DNA of 64,000 nucleotides from a virus (lineage: Duplodnaviria > Caudoviricetes): the IMG/VR virus record IMGVR_UViG_3300031993_000016; one strand, written 5' to 3'. The notes under the pieces are model-generated. The model searched no databases, had not been told where the DNA came from, and saw only the letters and a program-made list of their open reading frames with translations. How positions within the stretch are numbered: position 1 is the stretch's first letter; every line of letters begins with the position of its first letter. A program made the position numbers and the translations under genes. This document shows, piece after piece, positions 1 to 9,327 of the stretch.

Positions 1-553
1 AGTTAGGTTTCCAATCATAGCTCAATATTACGTCATCAATTATAACTTCGTTCCAATCAAAATTGTCCTCGCTCTGTATACGAAATTCGACTATTCGGCC
101 TGTAACAGATAGTTTGACAAAATTATCTTTTAACCAAGTATAATACTCATCATTTAAACGATAAAAATCTACTCTATCATCATCTGACAATCTGCCGTAG
201 AACTCTTTCATATGACTTGTAAATATACTATGTGCAGATGATGAATACTTTAATTCTGCCCAACTCATAAATGATGTTAAATCTAACATTGAAGGTTTGA
301 ATACATTGGTCTCGTGTAACTCAGTTTTGAGATATTTTGCTAACCAATACTGCAACACAACTAATACTTCATCTTCATCAAACTCTCGAATATCAAATAA
401 AAATCCTGCATCAATAGGGGCAAGTAAATGAAGTCCTCTATCTAAGAAAGTAGTAGATGGTACATGCATTGTTACGTCATACAAGTTACCGCCCCTATCT
501 ACTAGATATGACCCATTTAAATATTTAGTTGTAGATGACGTATATCTTTTCAT
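1..553 (-). CDS. Hypothetical protein with MKRY leader, runs off the window edge; paralog of 41795..42205
   Basis: Hand translation MKRYTSSTTKYLNGSYLVDRGGNLYDV...FRIQSEDNFDWNEVIID; GAGGA RBS upstream; not in ORF track. Confidence 0.8.
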   Translation of the reverse strand, partial: MKRYTSSTTKYLNGSYLVDRGGNLYDVTMHVPSTTFLDRGLHLLAPIDAGFLFDIREFDEDEVLVVLQYWLAKYLKTELHETNVFKPSMLDLTSFMSWAELKYSSSAHSIFTSHMKEFYGRLSDDDRVDFYRLNDEYYTWLKDNFVKLSVTGRIVEFRIQSEDNFDWNEVIIDDVILSYDWKPN

Positions 554-570
554 GTACTTATCCTCGTATC

Positions 571-750
571 TTACAATGAGCTGATATCACAGCATCCGTT
601 ATAATGACTGTTACCATACTGAAGAGCTTCTCCGTAAGTAGTAAAATAATGGACGTCTTCTTCATATGGGTCATCCCATGAAACTACTTTGTAGTTCTTA
701 TAATATGGGCTAGTATCGGAATCTAAACTTGCATTGATATATCTTTTCAT
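571..750 (-). CDS. Small protein with MKRYINAS leader (59 aa)
   Basis: Hand translation MKRYINASLDSDTSPYY...DISSL*; GGGGG RBS. Confidence 0.7.
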   Translation of the reverse strand: MKRYINASLDSDTSPYYKNYKVVSWDDPYEEDVHYFTTYGEALQYGNSHYNGCCDISSL

Positions 751-762
751 AGTTAACCCCCT

Positions 763-918
763 TCAGCCTATCAAATCAACTTCAACTATTTCATCCCCTA
801 CATACCCTACACTTGGTGCAACCAAATCTGCATACTCGCCATAACCATCAAAGACTTGAACATCTATATCTTCTACACCATTTGCAACTGCCCACTCAAA
901 TAATTCTCTAATTGTCAT
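763..918 (-). CDS. Small acidic protein, tandem paralog of 945..1112
   Basis: MTIRELFEWAVANGVEDIDV...EVDLIG*; GGAGG RBS. Confidence 0.7.
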   Translation of the reverse strand: MTIRELFEWAVANGVEDIDVQVFDGYGEYADLVAPSVGYVGDEIVEVDLIG

Positions 919-944
919 GTTATGAACCTCCTTATATTGATAGT

Positions 945-1112
945 TTATTGAATCAACTCAACTTCGTATTCGCCACCATTTTCAAAGATACTGCCAGTAG
1001 CAACGAATGGATCGGTTAATGGTGAAATATCACCATAATTATTATATATCTTGATCTCAAGATCAAGTGCGTCCTCTGTTTTAGCCCATTGGTATAATTC
1101 TCTAATTGTCAT
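945..1112 (-). CDS. Small acidic protein, tandem paralog of 763..918
   Basis: MTIRELYQWAKTEDALDLEI...EVELIQ*; GGAGG RBS. Confidence 0.7.
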   Translation of the reverse strand: MTIRELYQWAKTEDALDLEIKIYNNYGDISPLTDPFVATGSIFENGGEYEVELIQ

Positions 1113-1135
1113 GTAAAGTATCCTCCTTGTTTTTT

Positions 1136-1729
1136 TTACTGTATTTCAACATACCAGCAGTCAGGCTCATGATAATTATGAGCTTTACCTGCTTTTACAT
1201 GTACGCCTGTGTCAGATAACAGATCCCAAGCAGTCCAGCTACCTCCACGACCTGTTCCATAGTACTTACCGTCTATTGCATCTACTATGCTATCTACAAA
1301 TTCAACTACATTTTCATTATCAGAAATTGGTTCAATTATCCAAGAGTACTGTGTTGGCTCATCTATTACATTGTAATTAGCATCTAAGAAATCATTAAGT
1401 TGAAGCTTCAATACAGAAGCTTTTATTGTATAATCTTGATCTTTTTCGCGTTCAGCTTTAAGATCTTTGATTGTATCATGTATATTATCAATCAGATAAT
1501 CTATAACATCTTCTATAGAATTTTGAGAATTCATTTGCTTTTCTGCAATATCAGACCAGAAAGTATATGACTCCCACTTGATATTTAGTATATCATCTAC
1601 AGTAGCAACATCCGGATCTAATGCAGCTAACTTGCGTCTATCACGATTAAGGGCTAAGATAAGTTTGTTTAATCGTTCCAAATCGCGCTCAGCATACAAT
1701 GTAGATGTAGCTTTTATATATTTTACCAT
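1136..1729 (-). CDS. Hypothetical acidic protein with MVKYIKAT leader
   Basis: ORF track 1136..1765; GGAGG at ~1738-1742 favours ATG at 1729. Confidence 0.75.
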   Translation of the reverse strand: MVKYIKATSTLYAERDLERLNKLILALNRDRRKLAALDPDVATVDDILNIKWESYTFWSDIAEKQMNSQNSIEDVIDYLIDNIHDTIKDLKAEREKDQDYTIKASVLKLQLNDFLDANYNVIDEPTQYSWIIEPISDNENVVEFVDSIVDAIDGKYYGTGRGGSWTAWDLLSDTGVHVKAGKAHNYHEPDCWYVEIQ

Positions 1730-1956
1730 TACATGTTCCTCCGAGATTCTAATATGTGTTTGCACTGATTATACTTCTGACTATCTACATATTTTAGATC
1801 TTGTGTTATATAACGATGCACAGTAGTTTTGCTTATACCTATGTTTCGAGCAATTGTTCGTATACTCCAATTATACTGTATACAGTAGTTAGCACATTCT
1901 AAAATTATTTCTAATTTTTCACTACGATGTATTCGCATATCGAAACAAAACCTCAC
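1729..1956 (-). CDS. spoIIID: SpoIIID-like sporulation transcription regulator (HTH)
   Basis: SIRTIARNIGISKTTVHRYITQDLKYVDSQKYNQCKHILE resembles SpoIIID TVRVIAKEFGVSKSTVHKDLTERL..IN..L..EV.EIL. Confidence 0.75.
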   Translation of the reverse strand: MRFCFDMRIHRSEKLEIILECANYCIQYNWSIRTIARNIGISKTTVHRYITQDLKYVDSQKYNQCKHILESRRNM

Positions 1957-2055
1957 CGAATTATTCTATTAATATGAAAGGTTAATCAATTTGCTAAATG
2001 TCACAAATCAATTAACCTCAATACACTTAGATATATTAAGATAGATCCTAAGATC

Positions 2056-2448
2056 TTAACTAGATTTAACTGGAATCTTATATGCTTCAGCAACTGACAT
2101 CAACACGTCATATGCTGTACAATCTTCTGCAGTTGTCCAACAAGCTGAAGGGCTCATGTAAACTGCATCACATTTGCTTAATTCTTCAACCATTTTAGCA
2201 AGATAATGAATCTTAATGTTTTTAACACCGCGATCTTTCATCTTATCCTCTGACCACCAATCACCCTCAAACACATTGTAAGCAACTGCATGTCCTGCAT
2301 CTTTGAGCTGATGAATTATACTCATCCGCAATTCGTACAGTTCCTTATCCTTAAGTGAATTTAGCGGTAAAGCAATGAAGTATTTCATAGATGATTTCCC
2401 CCCTCTCCCTTTAGTTTTCATCTGAAACAATAGGGCATGTATATCCAC
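2056..2448 (-). CDS. DUF4406 / nucleoside 2-deoxyribosyltransferase-like protein
   Basis: KYFIALPL...YLAKMVEELSKCDAVYM..W pattern; likely start at MKYFIALP. Confidence 0.55.
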   Translation of the reverse strand: MDIHALLFQMKTKGRGGKSSMKYFIALPLNSLKDKELYELRMSIIHQLKDAGHAVAYNVFEGDWWSEDKMKDRGVKNIKIHYLAKMVEELSKCDAVYMSPSACWTTAEDCTAYDVLMSVAEAYKIPVKSS

Positions 2449-2629
2449 ATTTGATTAAGAATACACTGCGATCTGTGCTACCATATACATTACCGCAGCT
2501 AACACCAGCCACTGATGTACTGATTGTTGTCCCTTGATTACTACAATTGTAGCACATTGATGTTATAGGTGAGTAAATATCACCACAAATAGGGCACTGC
2601 CAACCTTGTGGTACAAGTCCATTAATCAT
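2411..2629 (-). CDS. Small Zn-ribbon protein
   Basis: GWQCPICGDIYSP...CYNC. Confidence 0.6.
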   Translation of the reverse strand: MINGLVPQGWQCPICGDIYSPITSMCYNCSNQGTTISTSVAGVSCGNVYGSTDRSVFLIKCGYTCPIVSDEN

Positions 2630-4077
2630 CTATCATTTACCTCCTTTGCATATGTAATCATCTAAGCACAGTCGATCCAGCTTGCCCCAAGCTTCAGATA
2701 TGCGGCTCAGAAGCAATTTAGCTTGAGTCTTTGTTGCAGGTACTCGAAGCAAGATGTGCATATTGTTATTCATTATGACAACACGATTGTCATCATAATC
2801 AATGGTAGAGGCATGATCCAAATTGATAATAATATTATCTGTCTCACTATATAGTATCACTCTTCGCACCTCGCTTTCAAAATTAGAATCGCATTATTTG
2901 CCAAAATGATCTAGCATACATCGTTTAACAGCCGATATGAGTTCATCTCCATCAACTGTGTATCGCTTCTCATCAACCTCAAGTTCTACTTGTCCGTGCA
3001 TAAACGCATTATGAATCTTTATAGGCATTTGTGCAGGATTTGAATAATCAGTTATTTCTGTCGTTATCTTCATTCTTTACCCTCCAATTTTGTTTTAAGT
3101 ATTTGAATTGCCTCAAAGCACTTGGTCGCTGATGATGTGTCGAAACTTGACAGCCATTCGTGGATACCGTTGTTAATCCTAATGTATTTCAAGGCATAAC
3201 AATAATCTATCTGTGCTTGGTCACAATGATTTCTGCAACAACAGTTATAACAAGTAATGCACTCTATTAAATCACTCATCATCCTCACCACCTATCTTTA
3301 ACCCAGATATCCAAAGTTGCTCTATATGCGCCAAATCTTTCGTCAAATTCTGTCTCTATAGGCATCTGCGTTATGTTGTCCGAAAAAGCCTTCACCAAGT
3401 TGTGTTTCAGTAAATCCATTTCCAAGTCTTTAGGCACAGAAGCAACCTCTTCTGCTCTAATTGACGCACACAATCGTAAATGATTTAATTCCGGTACTTC
3501 TCGTATGATTTTAATAGGCTGATGCTTTAAGAATCTTACTTCGTCCTTAAGCGCCCTGATAATATTCGTCTTGCGTTCTTTATTCATTGTCCACCCCTTC
3601 AATTACTGGTGCATTATTTATAATTCCGACTGCATAGCATAATCCCTTATGTATCGGCTTATTTCGTTTCCACTTAACATCGTCATTCGTCTCAAGAGAT
3701 TCTTGCAGTTCATGAATCTGCTGAACAAGCAAATCTTTATCTACTAAATTCCTTGATGGAGATTGTAAAGATTCAAGGCGTTTGATAGCACTGCCAAGAA
3801 CCTCCCAATAATACACATCTCCCCATGTTTCAGACGTGTTCCTCAATAGCATCAGTCCTGTGATAATCTCTTCATCATTCATCTCCCTCACCCCCCTCCT
3901 TTGCCTCTTCCATCTTATTCTTAAGCCATTCACCAACTCGGTCATGCACAAACATAAGGTCTAAAAATAATGCTATTGTTAATATCCAAGAGCTATTATA
4001 TTTGCAGATAAAATATGGAATTATAATTATTATGACCGAGATAATTGATGTTAATACTGCAATTAATATTCTCTTTA

Positions 4078-4398
4078 TCATTCCGCATCCCCCTCTCTGT
4101 ATGGTGATGGTAACTCTCGCCATGCTATAACGCCAAAGTCATTCCAGTCTGTTTCGCCCTCGTCATATATCCAAAACCAACTTGTATCGACTTCATACAT
4201 ACCACCGCTATACATCGTCACAAGATACTTTCCCTCTTCACTCGGAAGTCGTTCTGAACACGGAATCCACCGCTGTGATTCAAGTGCTTGGATTGCCGAT
4301 ACTAAGAATTGCCTAGCTTCTGACATCGGTTCATCTCCTCTACTCTCCAACGCTTTATCCCAATTAATTCCATATTGTATTAGTTCTTCATTCGTCAT
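4078..4398 (-). CDS. DUF551-like protein
   Basis: MTNEE...RWIPCSERLPSEEGKYLVT...VIAWRELPSPY. Confidence 0.65.
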   Translation of the reverse strand: MTNEELIQYGINWDKALESRGDEPMSEARQFLVSAIQALESQRWIPCSERLPSEEGKYLVTMYSGGMYEVDTSWFWIYDEGETDWNDFGVIAWRELPSPYREGDAE

Positions 4399-4403
4399 CT
4401 TCG

Positions 4404-4592
4404 TCACCCTCCTTTGTATGGGCTTGGTAACGGCATCCATGCAATTATATTTCTTTTCCAATGTTCTTCATCTTGTTTCCAAAAATACCTTGGATATACA
4501 ATCCTACTTTTCCCATCAGTACATATAGCTGTAACAATCACGTTCTCAGCATGTTTTGGTAATCTATCTTTCACTGAAATCCACTCACTCAT
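4404..4592 (-). CDS. DUF551-like protein
   Basis: MSEWISVKDRLP...IIAWMPLPSPY. Confidence 0.65.
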   Translation of the reverse strand: MSEWISVKDRLPKHAENVIVTAICTDGKSRIVYPRYFWKQDEEHWKRNIIAWMPLPSPYKGG

Positions 4593-5315
4593 TCCGCTCA
4601 CCTCCAATTAGCTTAATAAACCACTCAAATGTCTCTTGACTGTTAAAGCTTGCTATCTTAGTTTCGCAATTCCCTTCGAGAATTGAGATAGTCGGCTTCT
4701 TGCGATAAGGCTTGAATGTGGAATCTGAAAACATAATCTTGTATTTACCCATATTGATTGAACATGTCATTCCGCATCCTCCTCTCTGTATGGTGCGTTC
4801 CACCAGCTGCCACGAAAACTTGTAACATCATCTAAATTTGTTATGGCGATATAATCATCTTCAGCTATCATACTATTTGGAAACACCGCCTTAATAACAT
4901 CGCCATTCGTCACAGTTCCACGCTTATCAATCATTATCTGTATTGTTTTTGTCATCTTGCTCCTCCTCTCTGAATGGCTGTGGTAACTCACGCCATGCTA
5001 TAACGCCATAGCCTAAATTAGTAGTATTATTTAATATCCTAATTGCTCGGTCTTTCTCTTCTATGAACATATTCATAGGAGCTTCTGTATCTTCATTCGT
5101 CATTCGCTATCATTCCCTTCACATAAGCATCATATTTTTGCACAATAATTCTTCGTTTTTAAAAAATTTATTCTCAGCAAATCTTCCATATGGATTAGTC
5201 CATTTCAAATAAGTAAGGATTCCGCTTTTATATACTTTAATTACGTTATAGGCTAGTTCAGCAGAGTCATCATAAATCACATCATCTTCTTTTATTCGTG
5301 ATAATTCTTCATTCG

Positions 5316-5656
5316 TCATTCCGCATCTTCCTCGCTTTCTGCCTTATATGGTTCTAATAGTGGCATCCATGCAATAACGTCAGCACAATCCCATTCTTTC
5401 TGTTTTTTTCCCTGTACACAGCCATGTTGGTTTCTATATAAACATCTCCAGAATAACTACCTTTCCATTTAGTAGTGACAAGGTAACAATCCTGCTTTTC
5501 TGGCAACCTCTCGGTAACTGGAATCCACCGCTGTGCTTCAAGGGCTTGGATTGCTATTGTTAAAGCTTCGTGTATTGATGCCCTGTAATCTGTCAATACA
5601 AAGACATCATTATCTCGTTGGTCTTTTAATAATAAGATTGCTTCTTCATTCGTCAT
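5316..5656 (-). pseudogene. DUF551-like gene with a frameshift at an A7 run
   Basis: RWIPVTERLP in frame 0; VIAWMPLLEPYKAESEEDAE* continues in the -1 frame after 5403-5409. Confidence 0.6.
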
Positions 5657-6952
5657 CTTCGTTATCCTCCTATACATCAGCATATATTGCTATTACAGGT
5701 CTCCAGTATTTTTCATATTTCTGAAGCTCAGTCTCAACAAGTTTGTTCCATTCGTCATCAGAAATATATTCAACATCAATTTTGTTTCCGAGCATATATT
5801 CCAAATCCTCTTGAAATTCATCTCTATCTGAATATACTTTCGTTTCATCTACGTCCTGTTCACAATCAAGTATTTCACCTATTTTAAATTTAAGTTCTGG
5901 AGCATACCACCAACGATAATCATCATCCGTCGCAAACTCACTTCCAACTAATACTACTATTGGATAGTCTGGATGCTCTTTTATAAGCTCCTTTAATTCA
6001 TCTGTTTGCTTTGTAAACATATTTAATGGCTTGTATTCATTCGTCATCTTCGTCACCCTTTCCACTTGTATGTTTTCAACCTTCTGAACAATTCTACAAA
6101 GTCACCATCTAAATCAGCTAACCGTTTAATGGCTTTATCATAATTTCTTCTTATCCAAGCAATGGATTCACAATCCCTCGGACAGAACCAATCATTTGCG
6201 TTACATAGATAGCACAGATTCTTACACATTTGGTCGGCATCATAGCCGTATTCCTCTTTCGTCTCTTCAAGAGTCATCTTCGTCATCCCCCTTATCAATA
6301 TACGCTTGTGATGCTTTACAGAGAATTTCAGGATCATTTTCAAGTTCCTTAATACACTTCCAAACATAATTAGGAATTGCATTTGCATTGTGATCCCATG
6401 CACGCAGCTTTCGAATAAGCTTTTCCGAATCTATCAATTTCATTCGTCATCCTCCTCATAAGGATTGTAGTAATAATGCCAACCGTATCTCTCATAGTGT
6501 TCAAATCTACGCATGATGCACCTCCCTATAATTTACCTTTCAACCTCTGAGAACTCATCAAACAGATCCTCTAATTCTGTCATGTAATATGCATCCGACA
6601 TCTGTGCATCTACATCGTCTCGCCACGCTGTAATTACATCTTGACATCTCTGCAGGAATTCCTCAAGCTGAAATATCTTATAAGTAGCTGCATCGAAATC
6701 TTCACGAGGTACTGCAGCAATCAACGGCTGATTTTCTAAGAACCACTTAGCATCACGTATGTCTTGCGTAGTATCTATAACAGGTACTAATCCGCAATCT
6801 AAATCACGTATCGCCTTATCTATATCAATTAGTCTCATATTAGTTACACCTCCATTTGATAATTTGATAATCATAACGAATTTCTATGTAACACATAACG
6901 ATTTTACATAGAAATAGCCGATGAGTATTTCATCGGCTGATTCTGGTAGATA

Positions 6953-7279
6953 TCAATCTAACTTTACAACATCTTCAATTGACCATATTTCTGAATGCAT
7001 TTTAGATTTAGCTACTCGCTTAGCATCATTTTCATCTTTTGCATCTACATAGATGGAAGCTAAATTGCGTGTAGTGTTTAAATAATCAACCCGATACTTG
7101 TGTAAATGTTCAGCTGTAGTGGCTTGCATATCGTCAATATATTCGATAGCTTCTTTTGCATTACTGAAATCGGTACGGCCTGTACCATGTCGTCCAGTGT
7201 ATATGTAAAATACGCCATCTTTGTCATATATGGTTACACCTTTATATGTTTGATGTGCTGCTGAAATATATCGTTTCAT
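6953..7279 (-). CDS. Hypothetical protein with MKRYISAA leader
   Basis: ORF track; AAGGTG RBS before MKRY. Confidence 0.75.
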   Translation of the reverse strand: MKRYISAAHQTYKGVTIYDKDGVFYIYTGRHGTGRTDFSNAKEAIEYIDDMQATTAEHLHKYRVDYLNTTRNLASIYVDAKDENDAKRVAKSKMHSEIWSIEDVVKLD

Positions 7280-7298
7280 GTGATTCACCTTTCATATG

Positions 7299-7517
7299 TT
7301 ACATTGGATAGCTTTTCTCGGGTTCAATCTCGCCTTTGACAAATAACTGGCAATCATAGTAATCATCACCTCGTCTATCCAAGATCTTACCCTTCTCGCC
7401 ACGATGCAAGCAAGTTTGACCGGTTATCGATGCATAGTTACAATAGGTATTACCATCATTACCTCGATGATATATACATTTTCTACATCTTGTTTTACTG
7501 AATTTGTATTTATGCAT
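7299..7517 (-). CDS. Small Cys-rich protein
   Basis: CRKCIYH...YCNY...C; GGAGG RBS before MHKYKF. Confidence 0.6.
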   Translation of the reverse strand: MHKYKFSKTRCRKCIYHRGNDGNTYCNYASITGQTCLHRGEKGKILDRRGDDYYDCQLFVKGEIEPEKSYPM

Positions 7518-7539
7518 GGCCGCACCTCCATAAAATTTA

Positions 7540-7947
7540 TCAGAACAAAAAATCAAAATCTCCAAATGCTTTTGTAATTCTTTTAACGATTTTCTTATAA
7601 ACTATGTCATATGCTTCATTCATATTTGAAAATAATTCAAGTGGATATGTATCAAATCCTATGTTTTTCTCTTCTGGTGACATTTGATTGATATTAACTC
7701 GAATCTTATCTGCATAAGTTGTTATGTTGATGTCTAGTGACATTTCGTTTGTATCTGAATATAACTTATACATTTTAACGATTTCGCTAGGTATTGAATA
7801 GATTACAAGCGTATATACATCATACACATTAGGGCTTTTCTTAAAGCTATATGCCCCATCTAAGTGTCTATACAAGTATTTGCCAAGTTGATTTACAATT
7901 GTACCTGCAGGTATGTTGTTTGATTTTGATCCACATGTTATTCTCAT
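7540..7947 (-). CDS. Hypothetical protein
   Basis: 135-aa ORF coupled to the upstream tail gene. Confidence 0.7.
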   Translation of the reverse strand: MRITCGSKSNNIPAGTIVNQLGKYLYRHLDGAYSFKKSPNVYDVYTLVIYSIPSEIVKMYKLYSDTNEMSLDINITTYADKIRVNINQMSPEEKNIGFDTYPLELFSNMNEAYDIVYKKIVKRITKAFGDFDFLF

Positions 7948-9308
7948 AGTACATCCTCACACTTCACCCATTGTTTCACACCGTCAACAGTTTTACATAC
8001 ATATATTGGTTTAACCAAGTGCCATGCAAGTGGTTGTGACATATCAGGATTGTTTGGATCAGCTCCGTGTTGAGCTCTCCACACATAACCTTGACCTCCG
8101 GATGGGTCTGATGGTCTATATTGTTGCCAACCTGTTGATGTCATTATATGTATTGGGGATTTCAGATCCCATATTGCATAATATGCAGCATCTGCATCTG
8201 TTGTATAATTGAATGGTGGTATTGATATTGATGAGGGCGATACTGACTGTGTTGATAATCCAATGAAGTCATACCCAGATCGTTGAAAACTATTAGTAGT
8301 ATATGGTATCTGTAACGTTCTGCCAGATACTTTATATAAATATTGCGTAGCTGTTGTCCAATAAGGTGTACCACTTTGGTTGTATGCTTGTATCTTACCG
8401 CCATTTGGATCAGTGCTTATAGTGTATACAGGAATACCTTCACCAAGTAATGATGTGCTACATACAGAACCTGCCCAATCAACTACAGAACTATCTGCAT
8501 TAAGGATACAAACAATACTAGTATGCGAGCCGTCTGGATCATCTACTGGAGGTGTTGTATCATCTCGTCTATATATCTTATTGTTAGAATCAATAGTTAA
8601 CCAATGTCCTCCGGTAGGATTTACAACATATACATCATTATTGAATCCGGACACTAAATCAACAGATTCATTTCTTACACGACTGCTACCTGTATCAGAT
8701 CCAGTGTTTACATCATACAGCATATCTATATCATTGAATGGATATGCGAATGTTTCACTAGATGATGTGGTGTTTGATATACTGAATGTAATCCTTGCAG
8801 ATACACCTACAAGTCGACGATCCCCTGATTCATTATCTCCAGAAAATCTCTGTGTTAATGACTGTATCCAGAAACCTGTTTCGTATCCACTAGCTGTGCT
8901 ATCTGTAAGATTTATAACTGGTATGTATCTTGAATAGCTGCTGCGAGTACCTGCGGAAATGTTACTTATTTGTATAGTTAAATCATGTAAAGTACCTTGT
9001 GTAATATGCTGAGCAGCTTCATGGAATACTAAAGTTATTGTGTGATTTGACCAAGATTGATTGTAATAAGAATCTCCGCTTGGTACTGCTTGTATATCAA
9101 ATCCCCATACATGTTCATTGTACATGTGGATATTCTGTTGAGATTCTGTATCTGTTAATAATATTTCAATATTGGATTTCTCAACCCAACTACTTCCAGA
9201 AGTTGTAACAGATGCATTACTGTATGTTAGCTTACTTGGAATGATATAATATGTCGCAACACTTGCACCCGCTTGATATATATTATTATTTGGAACTAAT
9301 TGTGCCAT
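7944..9308 (-). CDS. Putative tail fibre / receptor-binding protein with an InlB-B (Listeria-Bacteroides) repeat-like module
   Basis: S/T-rich beta composition; YTISTDPNGG...RSGYDFIGLST...YYAIW; tail-gene context. Confidence 0.5.
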   Translation of the reverse strand: MAQLVPNNNIYQAGASVATYYIIPSKLTYSNASVTTSGSSWVEKSNIEILLTDTESQQNIHMYNEHVWGFDIQAVPSGDSYYNQSWSNHTITLVFHEAAQHITQGTLHDLTIQISNISAGTRSSYSRYIPVINLTDSTASGYETGFWIQSLTQRFSGDNESGDRRLVGVSARITFSISNTTSSSETFAYPFNDIDMLYDVNTGSDTGSSRVRNESVDLVSGFNNDVYVVNPTGGHWLTIDSNNKIYRRDDTTPPVDDPDGSHTSIVCILNADSSVVDWAGSVCSTSLLGEGIPVYTISTDPNGGKIQAYNQSGTPYWTTATQYLYKVSGRTLQIPYTTNSFQRSGYDFIGLSTQSVSPSSISIPPFNYTTDADAAYYAIWDLKSPIHIMTSTGWQQYRPSDPSGGQGYVWRAQHGADPNNPDMSQPLAWHLVKPIYVCKTVDGVKQWVKCEDVL

Positions 9309-9327
9309 GTGAGTAACCTCTTAAATT

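Larger units (their letters stand above)
2633..6840 (-). other. Array of ~17 short, translationally coupled phage genes (several DUF551-like) with shared junction sequences
   Basis: Recurrent MTNEE starts, WIP..ERLP and IAW.(P/E)LP.PY motifs, ATGA overlaps and repeated junction DNA. Confidence 0.8.

Noticed and set aside
3580-6460. CRISPR array or DGR suggested by the repeats
   Set aside because: Repeats are degenerate, irregularly spaced and coding; no cas or reverse transcriptase gene and no adenine-specific TR/VR pattern seen
8380-8937. 185-aa plus-strand ORF and the many other short plus-strand ORFs
   Set aside because: Antisense shadows of well-supported minus-strand genes
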